Below are positions 48,476-58,337 of a stretch of 64,000 bases of DNA, one piece after another. The notes under the pieces were generated by a model. That model ran no database searches, was not told the origin of the DNA, and was given only the letters and a program-made list of their open reading frames with translations. Position numbers and translations under genes: made by a program. The stretch is from Clostridia bacterium (GTDB lineage: Bacteria > Bacillota > Clostridia > Christensenellales > UBA1242), in NCBI GenBank assembly GCA_017467585.1, contig JAFUSR010000004.1, forward strand, positions 141,918 through 205,917. Reading direction: 5' to 3'. How positions within the stretch are numbered: position 1 is the first letter of the stretch; the number at the start of each line of letters is the position of its first letter.

Positions 48476-49333
48476 ATGAATATTTTATGTTGTGTTGATG
48501 ATAATTACGCTTACCCACTTATTAACTTTATGTTTTCAATTAGAAAGTATTGTGATAGGGAAATAAATCTTTATGTTCTCTCAACAAAATTATCTGACAA
48601 AATTAGAGACAGAATTAAAGAAAAATGTGAAGAAATTAATATTAATGTCAATATTCAGGTTGTTGACCTAGATGACAAGATTTTTGCTGCAAGAGCACAC
48701 TATACAAAAGATACTTTTTTGAGGTTGTTTGCTTACAAATTTTTGCCACAAGAAATGGACAAACTTTTGTATTTGGATGTTGATACATTGTGTCTTGGTG
48801 ATGTTGGTGAATTGTATGATATTGATATTAACAATTATATTCTTGCTGCATGCAGAGATAAAATTTGGGATCTTGATAGAACAATTGAACATGGAAAGGA
48901 ACTTGGTATTGAGCATGACATGTTCAACGCGGGAATAATTTTGTTCAATATGAAAAAAGTTCGCAAGTTATGGGATGAAAAACTTGTTGTTGATATGATT
49001 GAAAAGGCAGGAAAAAAACTTCTGTATCTCGACCAAGACCTTTTGAACATGTTAACAAAAAAAGAAGATATTTTGTTTTTAGATAACAAAATGAATTTTC
49101 AACTGCGCTGTTTTGAAAAAGTAAAAAATCTTGATGGTGTTGTGATTATGCACTATCTTGAAGATAGAAAACCATGGAATCATTATATTCTTGCATATCA
49201 TGAGAAACTATTTTGGAAAAATTTCAAAGAAACAGGATGTAAAGAGTTTTATGAAATCTCTAGGAGAATGAGAAGACAAAAATTAATTAGGAAGTTTAAG
49301 AATAAGTTTAAGAGAATTTTTGGTAAAAAATAA
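48476..49333 (+). CDS. glycosyltransferase family 8
   Basis: LYLDVDTLCLGDV DxD region and FNAGIILFN. Confidence 0.8.
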   Translation: MNILCCVDDNYAYPLINFMFSIRKYCDREINLYVLSTKLSDKIRDRIKEKCEEININVNIQVVDLDDKIFAARAHYTKDTFLRLFAYKFLPQEMDKLLYLDVDTLCLGDVGELYDIDINNYILAACRDKIWDLDRTIEHGKELGIEHDMFNAGIILFNMKKVRKLWDEKLVVDMIEKAGKKLLYLDQDLLNMLTKKEDILFLDNKMNFQLRCFEKVKNLDGVVIMHYLEDRKPWNHYILAYHEKLFWKNFKETGCKEFYEISRRMRRQKLIRKFKNKFKRIFGKK

Positions 49334-50959
49334 ATGGATAAAAAACGGTCGGTATTGAATATTTTTGTGTCGGTCGGCTTCAAGATTGTGCTTTTGGTGC
49401 TGGCACTTTTGTCGCGCAGATTTTTGATTAACTATGCCGGCAATGATGCAAACGGACTATATTCGCTCTATACCAGCATTATTGGCTTTTTAGCTATCGC
49501 TGACCTTGGGGTTGGAACTGCCATTAACTTTTCTATGTATAAGCCTATTGTTGATGGAGACAGAGACAAGGTGGCGGCACTTTATCAGTTATATCGCAAA
49601 ATTTATTGGATTATTGGGTCTATCATTTTGGGGGCAGGGTTGCTTCTTATGCCTGCTTTGCCATTGTTGGCCAAAGATTATTCTGCAGACTATAACCTTT
49701 ATTTAACATTCTTTATTATGCTTTGTTCGGTTGTGGTAACTTATATATTCAGTGCAAAGACATCTCTTATTAACGCCCATAAAAACAATTATATAACAAC
49801 AACAATGTCTTCAATTGGCCAAATTGCAAGATACGGAATTCAAATTGTAGTGCTTGTGTTGACGGGCTCATTTGAGTTTTTTTTGGGAGCTATGATTGTT
49901 GCCGTTGTGCTTGAGTGGATTATGACGGAAATTGTTACTCGAAAAAAGTATGGTGAGATTTTGTCTGTTCCTGCAATCAAAGTTGACGCTGACACCAAAA
50001 AAGAAATTGTTAAAAACACCAAAGCTATATTCATGCACAAAATTGGTTCTGTTTTAGTTAACACAGCAGACAGTATTATTATTTCAGCATTTATTGGTGT
50101 TGCCATTCTTGGAAAATACTCTAACTATATGGTTATTATGTCGGCAATGACTGGCGTTTTGGCATTATTTTTCACTCCACTTACTGCAGTTATTGGCCAT
50201 CTCTGCGCAGAAAAAAATGCAGAAGAGGAGAGAAAGTATTTTTGGTTTATGTATCTCTTAAATTTCTGCTTAGGTGTGGTATTCTTCCTTGGGTATTATG
50301 CGGTTATCGACAATGTTGTTGCCATCTGCTTTAATGCTGACCTTGTTATGCCGAAAGATGTTTCGCTGATTATAACCATTAACTATTTCATTCAGTTTAT
50401 GCGCCAGGCTGTGGGGCTGTTCCGCGACGCCTCGGGAACATTCTATTATGACCGCTGGAAACCTGTTGTTGAGGGGATTATTAATGTTGCCCTGTCAATC
50501 GCGTTTGTTTATTGGATTGGTCTTGTGGGTGTTATTGTGGCAACAATTATCACAAACCTCTTGATTTGCCATGTGGTTGAACCTTATGTGCTCTATAAAC
50601 ATGAGTTTAAGCGCACGCCAGTTAGGTATTATTCGATTAATTACAGCTTGATGGCTGTGTTTGGAGTTTGCCTTGCCGCGCTGCATTTCAGTTTGCAACA
50701 TATCGACGGAAAATGGACTGAACTTTTGGTTAACGGTTGCATCGCTGTTGCGATTGCACTTGTGCCAATCATCATTATTGCGTGCGTGAGCAAAACATTT
50801 AGACGCAATTTTAAAGAACTCGTTAGCGACCTTGCTGGGTTTTTGAAAATTAAAAGAAAGTCAAAGGCTGTCGCTGCAGAAAGCATAGCACCTGATGAAG
50901 GTGACACAAAAGAGAGTGCTTCAGTCAATGACAATGTTGGCTCTGACACAGAGAAATAA
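49334..50959 (+). CDS. polysaccharide flippase (Wzx, MOP superfamily)
   Basis: 541 aa with about 12-14 TM helices. Last gene of the glycan locus. Confidence 0.75.
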   Translation: MDKKRSVLNIFVSVGFKIVLLVLALLSRRFLINYAGNDANGLYSLYTSIIGFLAIADLGVGTAINFSMYKPIVDGDRDKVAALYQLYRKIYWIIGSIILGAGLLLMPALPLLAKDYSADYNLYLTFFIMLCSVVVTYIFSAKTSLINAHKNNYITTTMSSIGQIARYGIQIVVLVLTGSFEFFLGAMIVAVVLEWIMTEIVTRKKYGEILSVPAIKVDADTKKEIVKNTKAIFMHKIGSVLVNTADSIIISAFIGVAILGKYSNYMVIMSAMTGVLALFFTPLTAVIGHLCAEKNAEEERKYFWFMYLLNFCLGVVFFLGYYAVIDNVVAICFNADLVMPKDVSLIITINYFIQFMRQAVGLFRDASGTFYYDRWKPVVEGIINVALSIAFVYWIGLVGVIVATIITNLLICHVVEPYVLYKHEFKRTPVRYYSINYSLMAVFGVCLAALHFSLQHIDGKWTELLVNGCIAVAIALVPIIIIACVSKTFRRNFKELVSDLAGFLKIKRKSKAVAAESIAPDEGDTKESASVNDNVGSDTEK

Positions 50960-50967
50960 AACAAGAC

Positions 50968-51006
50968 AAAAAAAAGACCGCATAAACTATGTGGTCTTTT
51001 TGTTTA
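50968..51006. terminator. bidirectional terminator
   Basis: AGACCGCATA-AAC-TATGTGGTCT with an A-run and a T-run. Confidence 0.75.
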
Positions 51007-51012
51007 ATATTT

Positions 51013-51699
51013 TTATGCTTGCTCTTCCGTTTTGGCTTCTGCGGGCTCGTTTTCGGTCTTTGATTTGGCCTCGGTTGGTTCCGCTGTGATTTGGTCGAAC
51101 GATAACTGCTCACCAGCCATGCCGGCTTTTTCTTCGGCTAATTTGCGTTCCTCAAGCTTTGTTAGTCGCTCGAGTGTTCTAAGCAGCCTTGGACGCATAT
51201 ATCTTTGAATGACGAGAGGGAATATGTGAACAAAAAAGTTGAATAGAACAAGTGGAGCACCCATTGGCAAAATTAGTTCTCTGCGAATAAACAATAGCGC
51301 TATTATTCCCCAACAGATAGACAGGGTGTGAAGAGCCTCGGCTATGCAACCTTCAATTATATAGCGTCGAATGTATTCTGGATTTCGTGGGTCATAAAGG
51401 TGATTGCGACTAAAACCGCTTATGCCACCAGCTTCTGGAATTGAGTCTTTCCATTTTTTAACGCCGAGTTTTTCAAACAATTTTGGTTCGTTTTTTCGCT
51501 CAGCAAACAGCTTGTTTTTTGGATTGTAGATCGCTTTTGGCAGCAGTCTAACAACAACGCTTACAACAATTGCAGGAAAGCAAATTATTGCAGCGCACAA
51601 AAAGAAATTCCCAACAGTTGCCCACGAAAAGTCGAAGGCAAGGTTGAGGCCGAGCACGAGAGCGACATATATTATTCCATAGCGAATGTATAATCTCAT
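51013..51699 (-). CDS. integral membrane protein, unknown function, with a charged C-terminal tail
   Basis: Start moved to ATG 51699 (AAGGAAAC SD). Four or more TM helices. Confidence 0.6.
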   Translation of the reverse strand: MRLYIRYGIIYVALVLGLNLAFDFSWATVGNFFLCAAIICFPAIVVSVVVRLLPKAIYNPKNKLFAERKNEPKLFEKLGVKKWKDSIPEAGGISGFSRNHLYDPRNPEYIRRYIIEGCIAEALHTLSICWGIIALLFIRRELILPMGAPLVLFNFFVHIFPLVIQRYMRPRLLRTLERLTKLEERKLAEEKAGMAGEQLSFDQITAEPTEAKSKTENEPAEAKTEEQA

Positions 51700-51814
51700 T
51701 TGTGTTTCCTTTAAGTAAATATATTTTAATATATTTAAAAACAAAAATCAAGCAAGAATTATAGATTGTTAATTTCGGTTGCGCGTTGTGGAATTTGTGT
51801 GATAAACTTGGTCT

Positions 51815-52573
51815 ATGGAAAAACTGCAAAATTCAAGCTCAAATAACACAAATTATGGGTTTTTAAATGGAAATGTGCTAAAAATTATTGCACTTGTTGC
51901 CATGACTATTGACCATGTTGGTGTTATTATGTTTCCAGAACTTGAAGTTCTGCGCATGATAGGCAGAATTGCTTTTCCGCTGTTTGCGTTTTTTGTTGCT
52001 GAAGGCTGCAAATACACTAGAAATAAATGGCGCTATTGGGGCATGATTTTTGGGCTTGGTGTTGTGTTTGAAATATTTTCTAGAATTTTTGCCCACACAA
52101 CCGAGTGTAACATTTTCATTACGTTTTCACTTTCTATTTTGCTTATTTATTTGTTGAGCTGGGCTAAAAAGACCATCAAAGAACATAATGCAAAAATGAT
52201 TGTTTTAAGCATGTTTGCTTTTGTTTTTGCTGCAGCAGCAGTTTATGTGTTGGTTGAAATTCTGCCATCTTACACACAAAGATATACTGCGGTTGATTAT
52301 GGATTTTTTGGGGTTATGGTTGCTGTGTTTGTTTCTGTTTTTGACAAACACTATGCGAGGGTTACAATGTTTGCGATTGCGCTTGTTTTGCTATGTGCGC
52401 TGCGAAGCCCTGTCTGGTTAACCCAATGGTTCTGCTTGCTGGCGGTTCCGCTTGTTGCGTGGTATAACGGGGAACGCGGAAAATTGCGACTAAAATATTT
52501 GTTTTATGTTTATTATCCTGCACACTTGCTAATTATTTATGGAATTGCAGAACTAATTAAAGTGGTAAAATAA
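51815..52573 (+). CDS. TraX-family membrane protein
   Basis: LKIIALVAMTIDHVG N-terminal family signature. Multi-pass. Confidence 0.75.
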   Translation: MEKLQNSSSNNTNYGFLNGNVLKIIALVAMTIDHVGVIMFPELEVLRMIGRIAFPLFAFFVAEGCKYTRNKWRYWGMIFGLGVVFEIFSRIFAHTTECNIFITFSLSILLIYLLSWAKKTIKEHNAKMIVLSMFAFVFAAAAVYVLVEILPSYTQRYTAVDYGFFGVMVAVFVSVFDKHYARVTMFAIALVLLCALRSPVWLTQWFCLLAVPLVAWYNGERGKLRLKYLFYVYYPAHLLIIYGIAELIKVVK

Positions 52574-52600
52574 AAAGCCTAAAATAAATAGGCTTTTTTG
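52572..52600. terminator. bidirectional terminator
   Basis: AGCCTA-AAATAAA-TAGGCT with an A-run and a T-run. Confidence 0.7.
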
Positions 52601-52648
52601 ATAGGCAAGATTTTGAATATTCTTGAAAATTATCAATGGTGTTTTTGT

Positions 52649-53599
52649 TTATTTTCTTTTTAATCGAAGGTCATCACCAATTAGTTTAAACATCTTGCTA
52701 GTGTCTTTGTTTTCAAGACGACTAAACACTCTTTCTTCATATCTAGACAAAATTTCTTTTGGTTCTAGATTTGTTGTTATTATTGTGGCCTTTCCAGCGT
52801 CAAGTCTGTCAGAAAGAAGAGCGGTTAAATAGTTGGTTGTTACATTTTGAAGAAGTGGCTCTGTTCCAAGGTCGTCGATGACGAGAAGTTCTGGCTCGGT
52901 TAAAACCTCGAAATAGGTTTGTTTGCTTGAGTCAAATGTTGAATGATATTTTAAGAAGTTGTTGTTGAGCCCAAATGCAGAAATAAATGACACAAGATAT
53001 CCTTTTTTTATCATTTCGTTTGCCAAACACTCAGTTAAAAATGTTTTGCCAACACCCGTTCCACCTTGAATTACAAATGTTTTTGTTTTAACGTTAGGGT
53101 AGTCCTTAACCCATTTTTCGAAGATCGATTTAATTTGTTTGCGTTGTTTATTCTGTTCCTCGTTGAGTGATATGTTGTCTTCAAAGTCCGCAAAATCGGC
53201 GAGTTGTTTTTTTGAGCCGCTGGCATCTAAAAGAGCCTGATATAGTTCGCGTTTGTAACATTCGCAATAGCCACCTTTAACTCTGCCGGTGTCGTTGCAA
53301 ATTTTGCATTGATAGTTGGGTGTTATGTCGTATTTATTCATATGCATTTTTGCAAGTTCGTCACCCATTTTAACCTTGAGTGCTGCAATTTGAACACGTT
53401 TTGCATATGCTTCTTTTTGATTATCTTGAGATTGCAGTTTTCCTATTTCAAAAGATAGTTCACGAACTTGCAATTCTAACGATGCAAAATTTGGGTTTTT
53501 TCTTGCTCTCAAAAGGTTTGCGTAAGAACGTTCTTGCGCAGCAGACCTGCGGAGAGAATATTGAAGATTTAAATTATTTATTATTTCTTGTTTGTTCAT
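52649..53599 (-). CDS. dnaI: primosomal helicase loader DnaI (DnaC-like AAA+)
   Basis: N-terminal Zn motif CKICNDTG..CECY, Walker A GGTGVGKTF, Walker B VIDDLG. Start at ATG 53599 (GAGGT SD), 1 nt after the upstream stop. Confidence 0.85.
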   Translation of the reverse strand: MNKQEIINNLNLQYSLRRSAAQERSYANLLRARKNPNFASLELQVRELSFEIGKLQSQDNQKEAYAKRVQIAALKVKMGDELAKMHMNKYDITPNYQCKICNDTGRVKGGYCECYKRELYQALLDASGSKKQLADFADFEDNISLNEEQNKQRKQIKSIFEKWVKDYPNVKTKTFVIQGGTGVGKTFLTECLANEMIKKGYLVSFISAFGLNNNFLKYHSTFDSSKQTYFEVLTEPELLVIDDLGTEPLLQNVTTNYLTALLSDRLDAGKATIITTNLEPKEILSRYEERVFSRLENKDTSKMFKLIGDDLRLKRK

Positions 53600-53600
53600 G

Positions 53601-55043
53601 TCATACCTCAATATCATCTAGGCTGTCAAACAGGGCTTCAAGTTCGGCGTTTGTATATTCTCTGCTTGTCATTTGTTTTTTATCTTTTGTTGCGGAAGTT
53701 ATTGTGTTGTTTGATAGATATTTCTCAACATCTGCAAGAGAGTGTTTGTTTTCGCTAGAAAGTGTAGAGAGAATTTTGTTCATATATGCAATTGGGCCAG
53801 TTTTTCCAACGGCCTTTTTGGCAACAAGCAAAATAGATTCGTGATCAAAATTCCAAGAGTTTGTCCAAACTTTATAGAAATTCCTGTCGCTTGAGTTTAC
53901 ATTTCTAACAAGCTCGCAGGCGCTCAAAACTTCTTTGATTTTTTTGTCTATTTGAGCCATTTCGCTTGTATGTTGATTGATGGCTTCAACGCTAACAAGA
54001 CCAAGTTTGAAGAATCTAGAAACGGTGTCGTCCATAGATTCTAGGCTACGCAGGCTGTTTCTGAAACAATAGTTACTAATAAGTTCTAGTGTTTCTGGTG
54101 AATAGCCCATGTTAAACCATGCAGAAACATAGGTTTCTACAACGTTTTCTAGGTTTTGATAATACAATCCAAGGTTGCGACTTACGTTTTTTGCAGTTTC
54201 AAACATTAAATCGCGTTGTTCGCTGTATTCTTGAATTTCTTTTAAACTAAACAAGTGTTGTTCATAATATTTAGACAAGAGTGAGTCTAATTTTGCAACG
54301 CCACCATTTTTTATAGATTTTGCAACTTGCAAAATTACAGGGTGGGTAAACCCATAAGAGTTTGTCCATTTCAAATAGCAGTTGCGTTCTTCTATGTCGG
54401 CATTGCGCTTTAAACCCAAAGCGTCTAAAACTTGTTTTATTTCTATGGTTGATTTTTCTTGTTCGAGCAACTTTTTTTCTACGGCTTCTGCACTTTTAAC
54501 ATTTTCGCTGGCAAAACTTTTTGCCACCGCCAAAATATAATTATAACTAACATTTTCACCCTTCAAAACGGTGCAATATTTAATTATCATAACAAGTGCG
54601 GCAGGGTCGAAATGTTGAGATTCAATGATGTTGTAATATTCATTATATTCAATTGGCTTAATCATTCTTCCGGTGATTATGCTTTGAACCTGTTTGTTAA
54701 AGTCAGCATATTTGCCTTTTGCACGAATTTTTGCAGAGCCAGAGTGGGCACGGACTGGCAAATATTTTACTTCGAGTGGATTTTTAGAAATAATTTGAAC
54801 TAGAGAAAGTTCTTGCCAATATTCATATGCGGCAAGAAGTTCATCTTGACTTATTGAAAGCAGAGCGCTTGCGCTGTCTGAAGAGTTATAATCTTGGTTT
54901 GGGGCAGAGCAAAGGCTCAGGCCATAAAGATAAACTTTAACGTAGTTTGCTGGTGCTTGTGGCATAAATTCGCCAATAAAATTGTTGTCTACAAGTGTGT
55001 AGCCATCTTGATTTATGCTAGACGAATATGAGCAAAATGCCAC
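53601..55043 (-). CDS. replication initiation/membrane attachment protein (DnaD/DnaB_2 domain, two repeats)
   Basis: Repeated DnaD-type motifs YLKWTNSYGFTHPVILQVAK and FYKVWTNSWNFDHESILLVAKKA. GTG start with AAGGAGA SD. Confidence 0.8.
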   Translation of the reverse strand: MAFCSYSSSINQDGYTLVDNNFIGEFMPQAPANYVKVYLYGLSLCSAPNQDYNSSDSASALLSISQDELLAAYEYWQELSLVQIISKNPLEVKYLPVRAHSGSAKIRAKGKYADFNKQVQSIITGRMIKPIEYNEYYNIIESQHFDPAALVMIIKYCTVLKGENVSYNYILAVAKSFASENVKSAEAVEKKLLEQEKSTIEIKQVLDALGLKRNADIEERNCYLKWTNSYGFTHPVILQVAKSIKNGGVAKLDSLLSKYYEQHLFSLKEIQEYSEQRDLMFETAKNVSRNLGLYYQNLENVVETYVSAWFNMGYSPETLELISNYCFRNSLRSLESMDDTVSRFFKLGLVSVEAINQHTSEMAQIDKKIKEVLSACELVRNVNSSDRNFYKVWTNSWNFDHESILLVAKKAVGKTGPIAYMNKILSTLSSENKHSLADVEKYLSNNTITSATKDKKQMTSREYTNAELEALFDSLDDIEV

Positions 55044-55116
55044 TTTGTTTTCTCCTTGGTTTGTGAGATTATTGTATCACCGATTTGTGTTTTGTCAATA
55101 AATAAATTTATTGCAA

Positions 55117-55659
55117 TTATTTTTTCACATTTCTTTTTGAAATAATTTTCATAATTTCTTCTGGGGTTTTGCAAACAAACACATTTTCATTTTGACTTGT
55201 GTTTAAAACTCCGGCCTCTACCAAACCTTGTTCCACGAGTTTGAACCCATCATAAAAACCATTTATGTTAAACAAAATGATAGGGTCGGTGTCGAACCCC
55301 GCTTTTACGTTGTCGAGCGTCATATAAAGTTCAGCAAGAGTTCCGTTTCCGCCTGGCAAAATGATTGTCGCCTTGCTATTTTTTAGTGCGAATTGTTGCA
55401 TGCTATAGAGGTTTGGCATTGAAACCATTTGTCCCTTCATGCCGGCTGCTTCTGCTGCGTAGCAATCGGGAACCATTAAAAGTGCTTGGCCACCAGCTTC
55501 TTTAAAAGAATTATACATTCTTCCAATTGCGCCAGTGTTTGAACCAACACAAGTGATTGTGTGTCCATGTTCAGCGAGAAACACAGCTAAATCTGAAATT
55601 CCTTCAAGAAATTTTTCTTTCATTTTTGGTGAAACGCCACCACAAATAAAAATGTTCAT
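55117..55659 (-). CDS. LOG-family (TIGR00730-like) Rossmann-fold nucleotide-binding protein
   Basis: LPGGNGTLAEL (PGGxGTxxE) motif. Confidence 0.8.
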   Translation of the reverse strand: MNIFICGGVSPKMKEKFLEGISDLAVFLAEHGHTITCVGSNTGAIGRMYNSFKEAGGQALLMVPDCYAAEAAGMKGQMVSMPNLYSMQQFALKNSKATIILPGGNGTLAELYMTLDNVKAGFDTDPIILFNINGFYDGFKLVEQGLVEAGVLNTSQNENVFVCKTPEEIMKIISKRNVKK

Positions 55660-55725
55660 AACATTCTCCTTATTATTTATACTTATAACATATTTTGCGC
55701 TAGTTTAGCAACACAAAACCGGTGT

Positions 55726-56601
55726 TTAATAAATAAATTTATTATCTTGATGATTAAAGTCTGGAATCATGTCTTCTGTTGCACTTGAAAGTTCTTGGAC
55801 TAAAACAACATTGTTTTTAAGCTTTTTGGCGTGGGAGATGATGGCTTTATATTCTAGTGGTTTAAGTGGTCGATTGATTTCCTCATATTTTTTTGCATCA
55901 CCACATGGTGTGTATTGCCCCATTATGCTGATTGGCGAAGAGGCTGGGGTGTTTTCACTCAGCCAGTCGATGACTTTAAAACTGTCGGTGGTGTGTGAAG
56001 GCAAACAAAGGTGTCTTATTGCTACTCCTTGAACAAGTTTGTCGCCAATCCAAACGTTTGGCTTGTTTTTGACCGCTGTTAAAATTGATTTGGTTGCATA
56101 ATCAAAATAGTGTGGAGCAGATGAATACTTTATGGCAAGTTCATTGCTATGATATTTTAAGTCAAACAAAAACACGTCAACATAATTGCAAAGTTCTTTG
56201 ATTACTTCTGGTGTTTCATAGCCACCGCAGTTATAGACGATTGGGATTTGTGGCCTGTAAATTTTTATTGCTTCAACAATTTGCGCCGCATAGTGTGTTG
56301 GGGTAACGAGGTCGATGTTGGCGGCGCCAGCTTGCTCTAGCTGAACAAACAAATTTGCGATAGTTTGAGCTGAAACGCGCTTGCCGGTGCCTCTGCTGAT
56401 TGAATAATTTTGACAATAAACACACTTAAGATTGCAACCGGCAAAAAAGATGGCACCACTTTTTCCATCGCCAGAAAGATATGGTTCTTCACCAGAGTGG
56501 AGCATTACCTTGCTTATTTCTGCTTCGTTTGATTTTTGGCAATAACCAAGGGCTGAGTTTCGATCAATGTTGCAGCCTCTTGGGCATAAATTACAATTCA
56601 T
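55726..56601 (-). CDS. radical SAM protein, PflX-like (pyruvate formate-lyase activase homolog)
   Basis: CNLKCVYCQN CxxxCxxC cluster. Start tentatively at ATG 56601 (MNCNLCPRGCN). The ORF-track N-terminal 51 aa are rejected. Confidence 0.75.
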   Translation of the reverse strand: MNCNLCPRGCNIDRNSALGYCQKSNEAEISKVMLHSGEEPYLSGDGKSGAIFFAGCNLKCVYCQNYSISRGTGKRVSAQTIANLFVQLEQAGAANIDLVTPTHYAAQIVEAIKIYRPQIPIVYNCGGYETPEVIKELCNYVDVFLFDLKYHSNELAIKYSSAPHYFDYATKSILTAVKNKPNVWIGDKLVQGVAIRHLCLPSHTTDSFKVIDWLSENTPASSPISIMGQYTPCGDAKKYEEINRPLKPLEYKAIISHAKKLKNNVVLVQELSSATEDMIPDFNHQDNKFIY

Positions 56602-56715
56602 AGACAAAAGTATAATCAAAACAAGCAAAATGGTCAAGTTATTTGCAAGCCAAGCAAGAACTGTGATATAATAAATATTAATAAAAAACGCAAAAAGGAA
56701 AAGTAAAACGCAAAA

Positions 56716-58074
56716 ATGAGCATAAAAAATCAAAATATTCTGCAAAAAAATCAAAAATACACGGTTGAAATCGTTGATTATGGTTCTAATGGCGAGGGTG
56801 TTGCAAAAATTGAAGGCGTTACGGTTTTTGTGCCATTTTCTATTGTTGGTGAGAAAGTTGAAATAATTTTAATAGTAATTAAAAAAGACTTTGCTATTGC
56901 AAAAATAGTAAACATTATTCAGCGAAGTCCAAATAGGGTTGATCCAAAGTGTCAGTATTACTCTAAATGTGGTGGTTGTCAACTTCAACACATGAATTAT
57001 GCCGAGCAATTAAAATTTAAACAAAAATATGTTCAAAATTCACTTAAGAAGTTTGCGGGCTATGTTGGTGGCATTGAACAATGCGAGGCAAGTGCGAGTG
57101 AGTATGCCTACAGAAATAAATTTTCTTTTCCTGTTGGTGAGGCGGATGGAAAAATCTTTGTTGGAATGTATAGGCCGGCAAGCCACAACCTTGTTGAAAT
57201 TGAAGAGTGTGTAATTCAGGAAGATTCTAAACCGATTATTGATGCGTTTTTAAGATTTGCGAATGAAAATGATGTTCACGCATTTTCTGACCAGCACCCA
57301 GACGGAGTTAAACATTTGGTTGCGCGCACCAATAAAAACGAAGTTTTGGTTTGTGTGGTATCTGTTAAAAAAATACGAAATTTGCATAAATTTGCTGTGA
57401 TTTTGCAGAAAAAATACAAAAAAGTTCATATTATTAATAACATTAACACAAAAAACAACAATGTTATTCTTGGTGACAAAGATTTTGTTGTTTTGGGTGA
57501 TGGACAAATTGAGTTTAACGAATTTAACCTGAAATATAATGTCAACGTTCACAGTTTTTTGCAGGTGAATAATGACATCAAGCACAAACTATATAATTCT
57601 GTTTTAGGAGAGATTGGCAGCAAAGATATTGTTATTGATGCATATAGTGGAGCAGGGGTTTTATCTGCGATTATTGCGAAGAAATGTCAACGTGTTTATG
57701 GAATTGAAATTGTTAAAGAGGCAGTCGAGAATGCCAATTCTCTTGCACAAGACAATGGAATTGTTAACTTGAATAACGTTTGTGGAGATTGTGCTGAGGA
57801 GTTGCCTAAAATTATCAAAAACAGCAAGGCAAATGTTGTTGTTCTCGACCCTCCAAGAAAGGGTTGCGACAAGAGGGTGCTAGACAGCTTAATTGCTGCT
57901 TGTCCACAAAAAATCATTTATGTTTCTTGTGATCCATCAACGCTGGCTCGTGACTTGAAAATTCTTGCTGGCAATTATGAAATTGCAAAAATCAAGCCTT
58001 TTGATATGTTTCCGCAGACGGCAAATGTTGAAACGCTGGCTATATTGAAACTGAATCAAAATTGCAAAAATTAA
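56716..58074 (+). CDS. rlmD: 23S rRNA (uracil-5-)-methyltransferase RlmD/RumA family
   Basis: TRAM domain, Fe-S Cys cluster CQYYSKCGGCQLQH, SAM MTase motifs, C-terminal catalytic Cys region (YVSCDPSTLARD). Confidence 0.88.
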   Translation: MSIKNQNILQKNQKYTVEIVDYGSNGEGVAKIEGVTVFVPFSIVGEKVEIILIVIKKDFAIAKIVNIIQRSPNRVDPKCQYYSKCGGCQLQHMNYAEQLKFKQKYVQNSLKKFAGYVGGIEQCEASASEYAYRNKFSFPVGEADGKIFVGMYRPASHNLVEIEECVIQEDSKPIIDAFLRFANENDVHAFSDQHPDGVKHLVARTNKNEVLVCVVSVKKIRNLHKFAVILQKKYKKVHIINNINTKNNNVILGDKDFVVLGDGQIEFNEFNLKYNVNVHSFLQVNNDIKHKLYNSVLGEIGSKDIVIDAYSGAGVLSAIIAKKCQRVYGIEIVKEAVENANSLAQDNGIVNLNNVCGDCAEELPKIIKNSKANVVVLDPPRKGCDKRVLDSLIAACPQKIIYVSCDPSTLARDLKILAGNYEIAKIKPFDMFPQTANVETLAILKLNQNCKN

Positions 58075-58082
58075 TCAAAAAT

Positions 58083-58115
58083 AACGCAAAACGTAACCAA
58101 TTTTGCGTTTTTTAT
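58083..58115 (+). terminator. intrinsic terminator
   Basis: AACGCAAAA / TTTTGCGTT stem followed by a T-run. Confidence 0.7.
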
Positions 58116-58183
58116 TGGTAAAATTCTATTTTTCAGGCGAAAAAATGCAAAAAAATATTTATTTTTATTTTGACTAAATATGT

Positions 58184-58211
58184 TTGACTAGATGGCAAAT
58201 TATGTTATAAT
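58184..58211 (+). promoter_or_regulatory. promoter with extended -10 directly abutting a micro-ORF
   Basis: TTGACT-16 nt-(TGT)TATAAT. The ATG at 58218 is the 7th nt after the -10. Confidence 0.6.
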
Positions 58212-58217
58212 TTGAGC

Positions 58218-58337
58218 ATGAATAAAACAAAGTCAAAAACAACTCAAAAGAAGACAAAGTCTAAAAAACAAAGTAACAGCAAGTATTTTGATTTTTATGA
58301 TGATATTAAAATTGACAGGCGAGACATTGAATGGTAA
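58218..58337 (+). CDS. candidate leaderless Lys-rich micro-ORF (39 aa) overlapping the miaA start
   Basis: MNKTKSKTTQKKTKSKKQSNSKYFDFYDDIKIDRRDIEW. Its stop overlaps the miaA ATG (ATGGTAA). Confidence 0.35.
   Translation: MNKTKSKTTQKKTKSKKQSNSKYFDFYDDIKIDRRDIEW

Noticed and set aside
52649-55043. Prophage or ICE interpretation of DnaD-like/DnaI, the HD-domain protein and the HTH pair
   Set aside because: There are no integrase, terminase, capsid, portal, relaxase or att-type long repeats in the window. dnaD-like/dnaI are adjacent, translationally coupled and embedded among housekeeping genes, as in chromosomal Bacillota primosome operons.
56602-56754. 51-aa hydrophobic N-terminal extension of the radical SAM protein
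   Set aside because: It overlaps the divergent rlmD start region and is an AT-rich translation (F/I/L-rich). PflX-like proteins begin near the MNCNLCPRGCN Cys motif. The start assignment remains uncertain.
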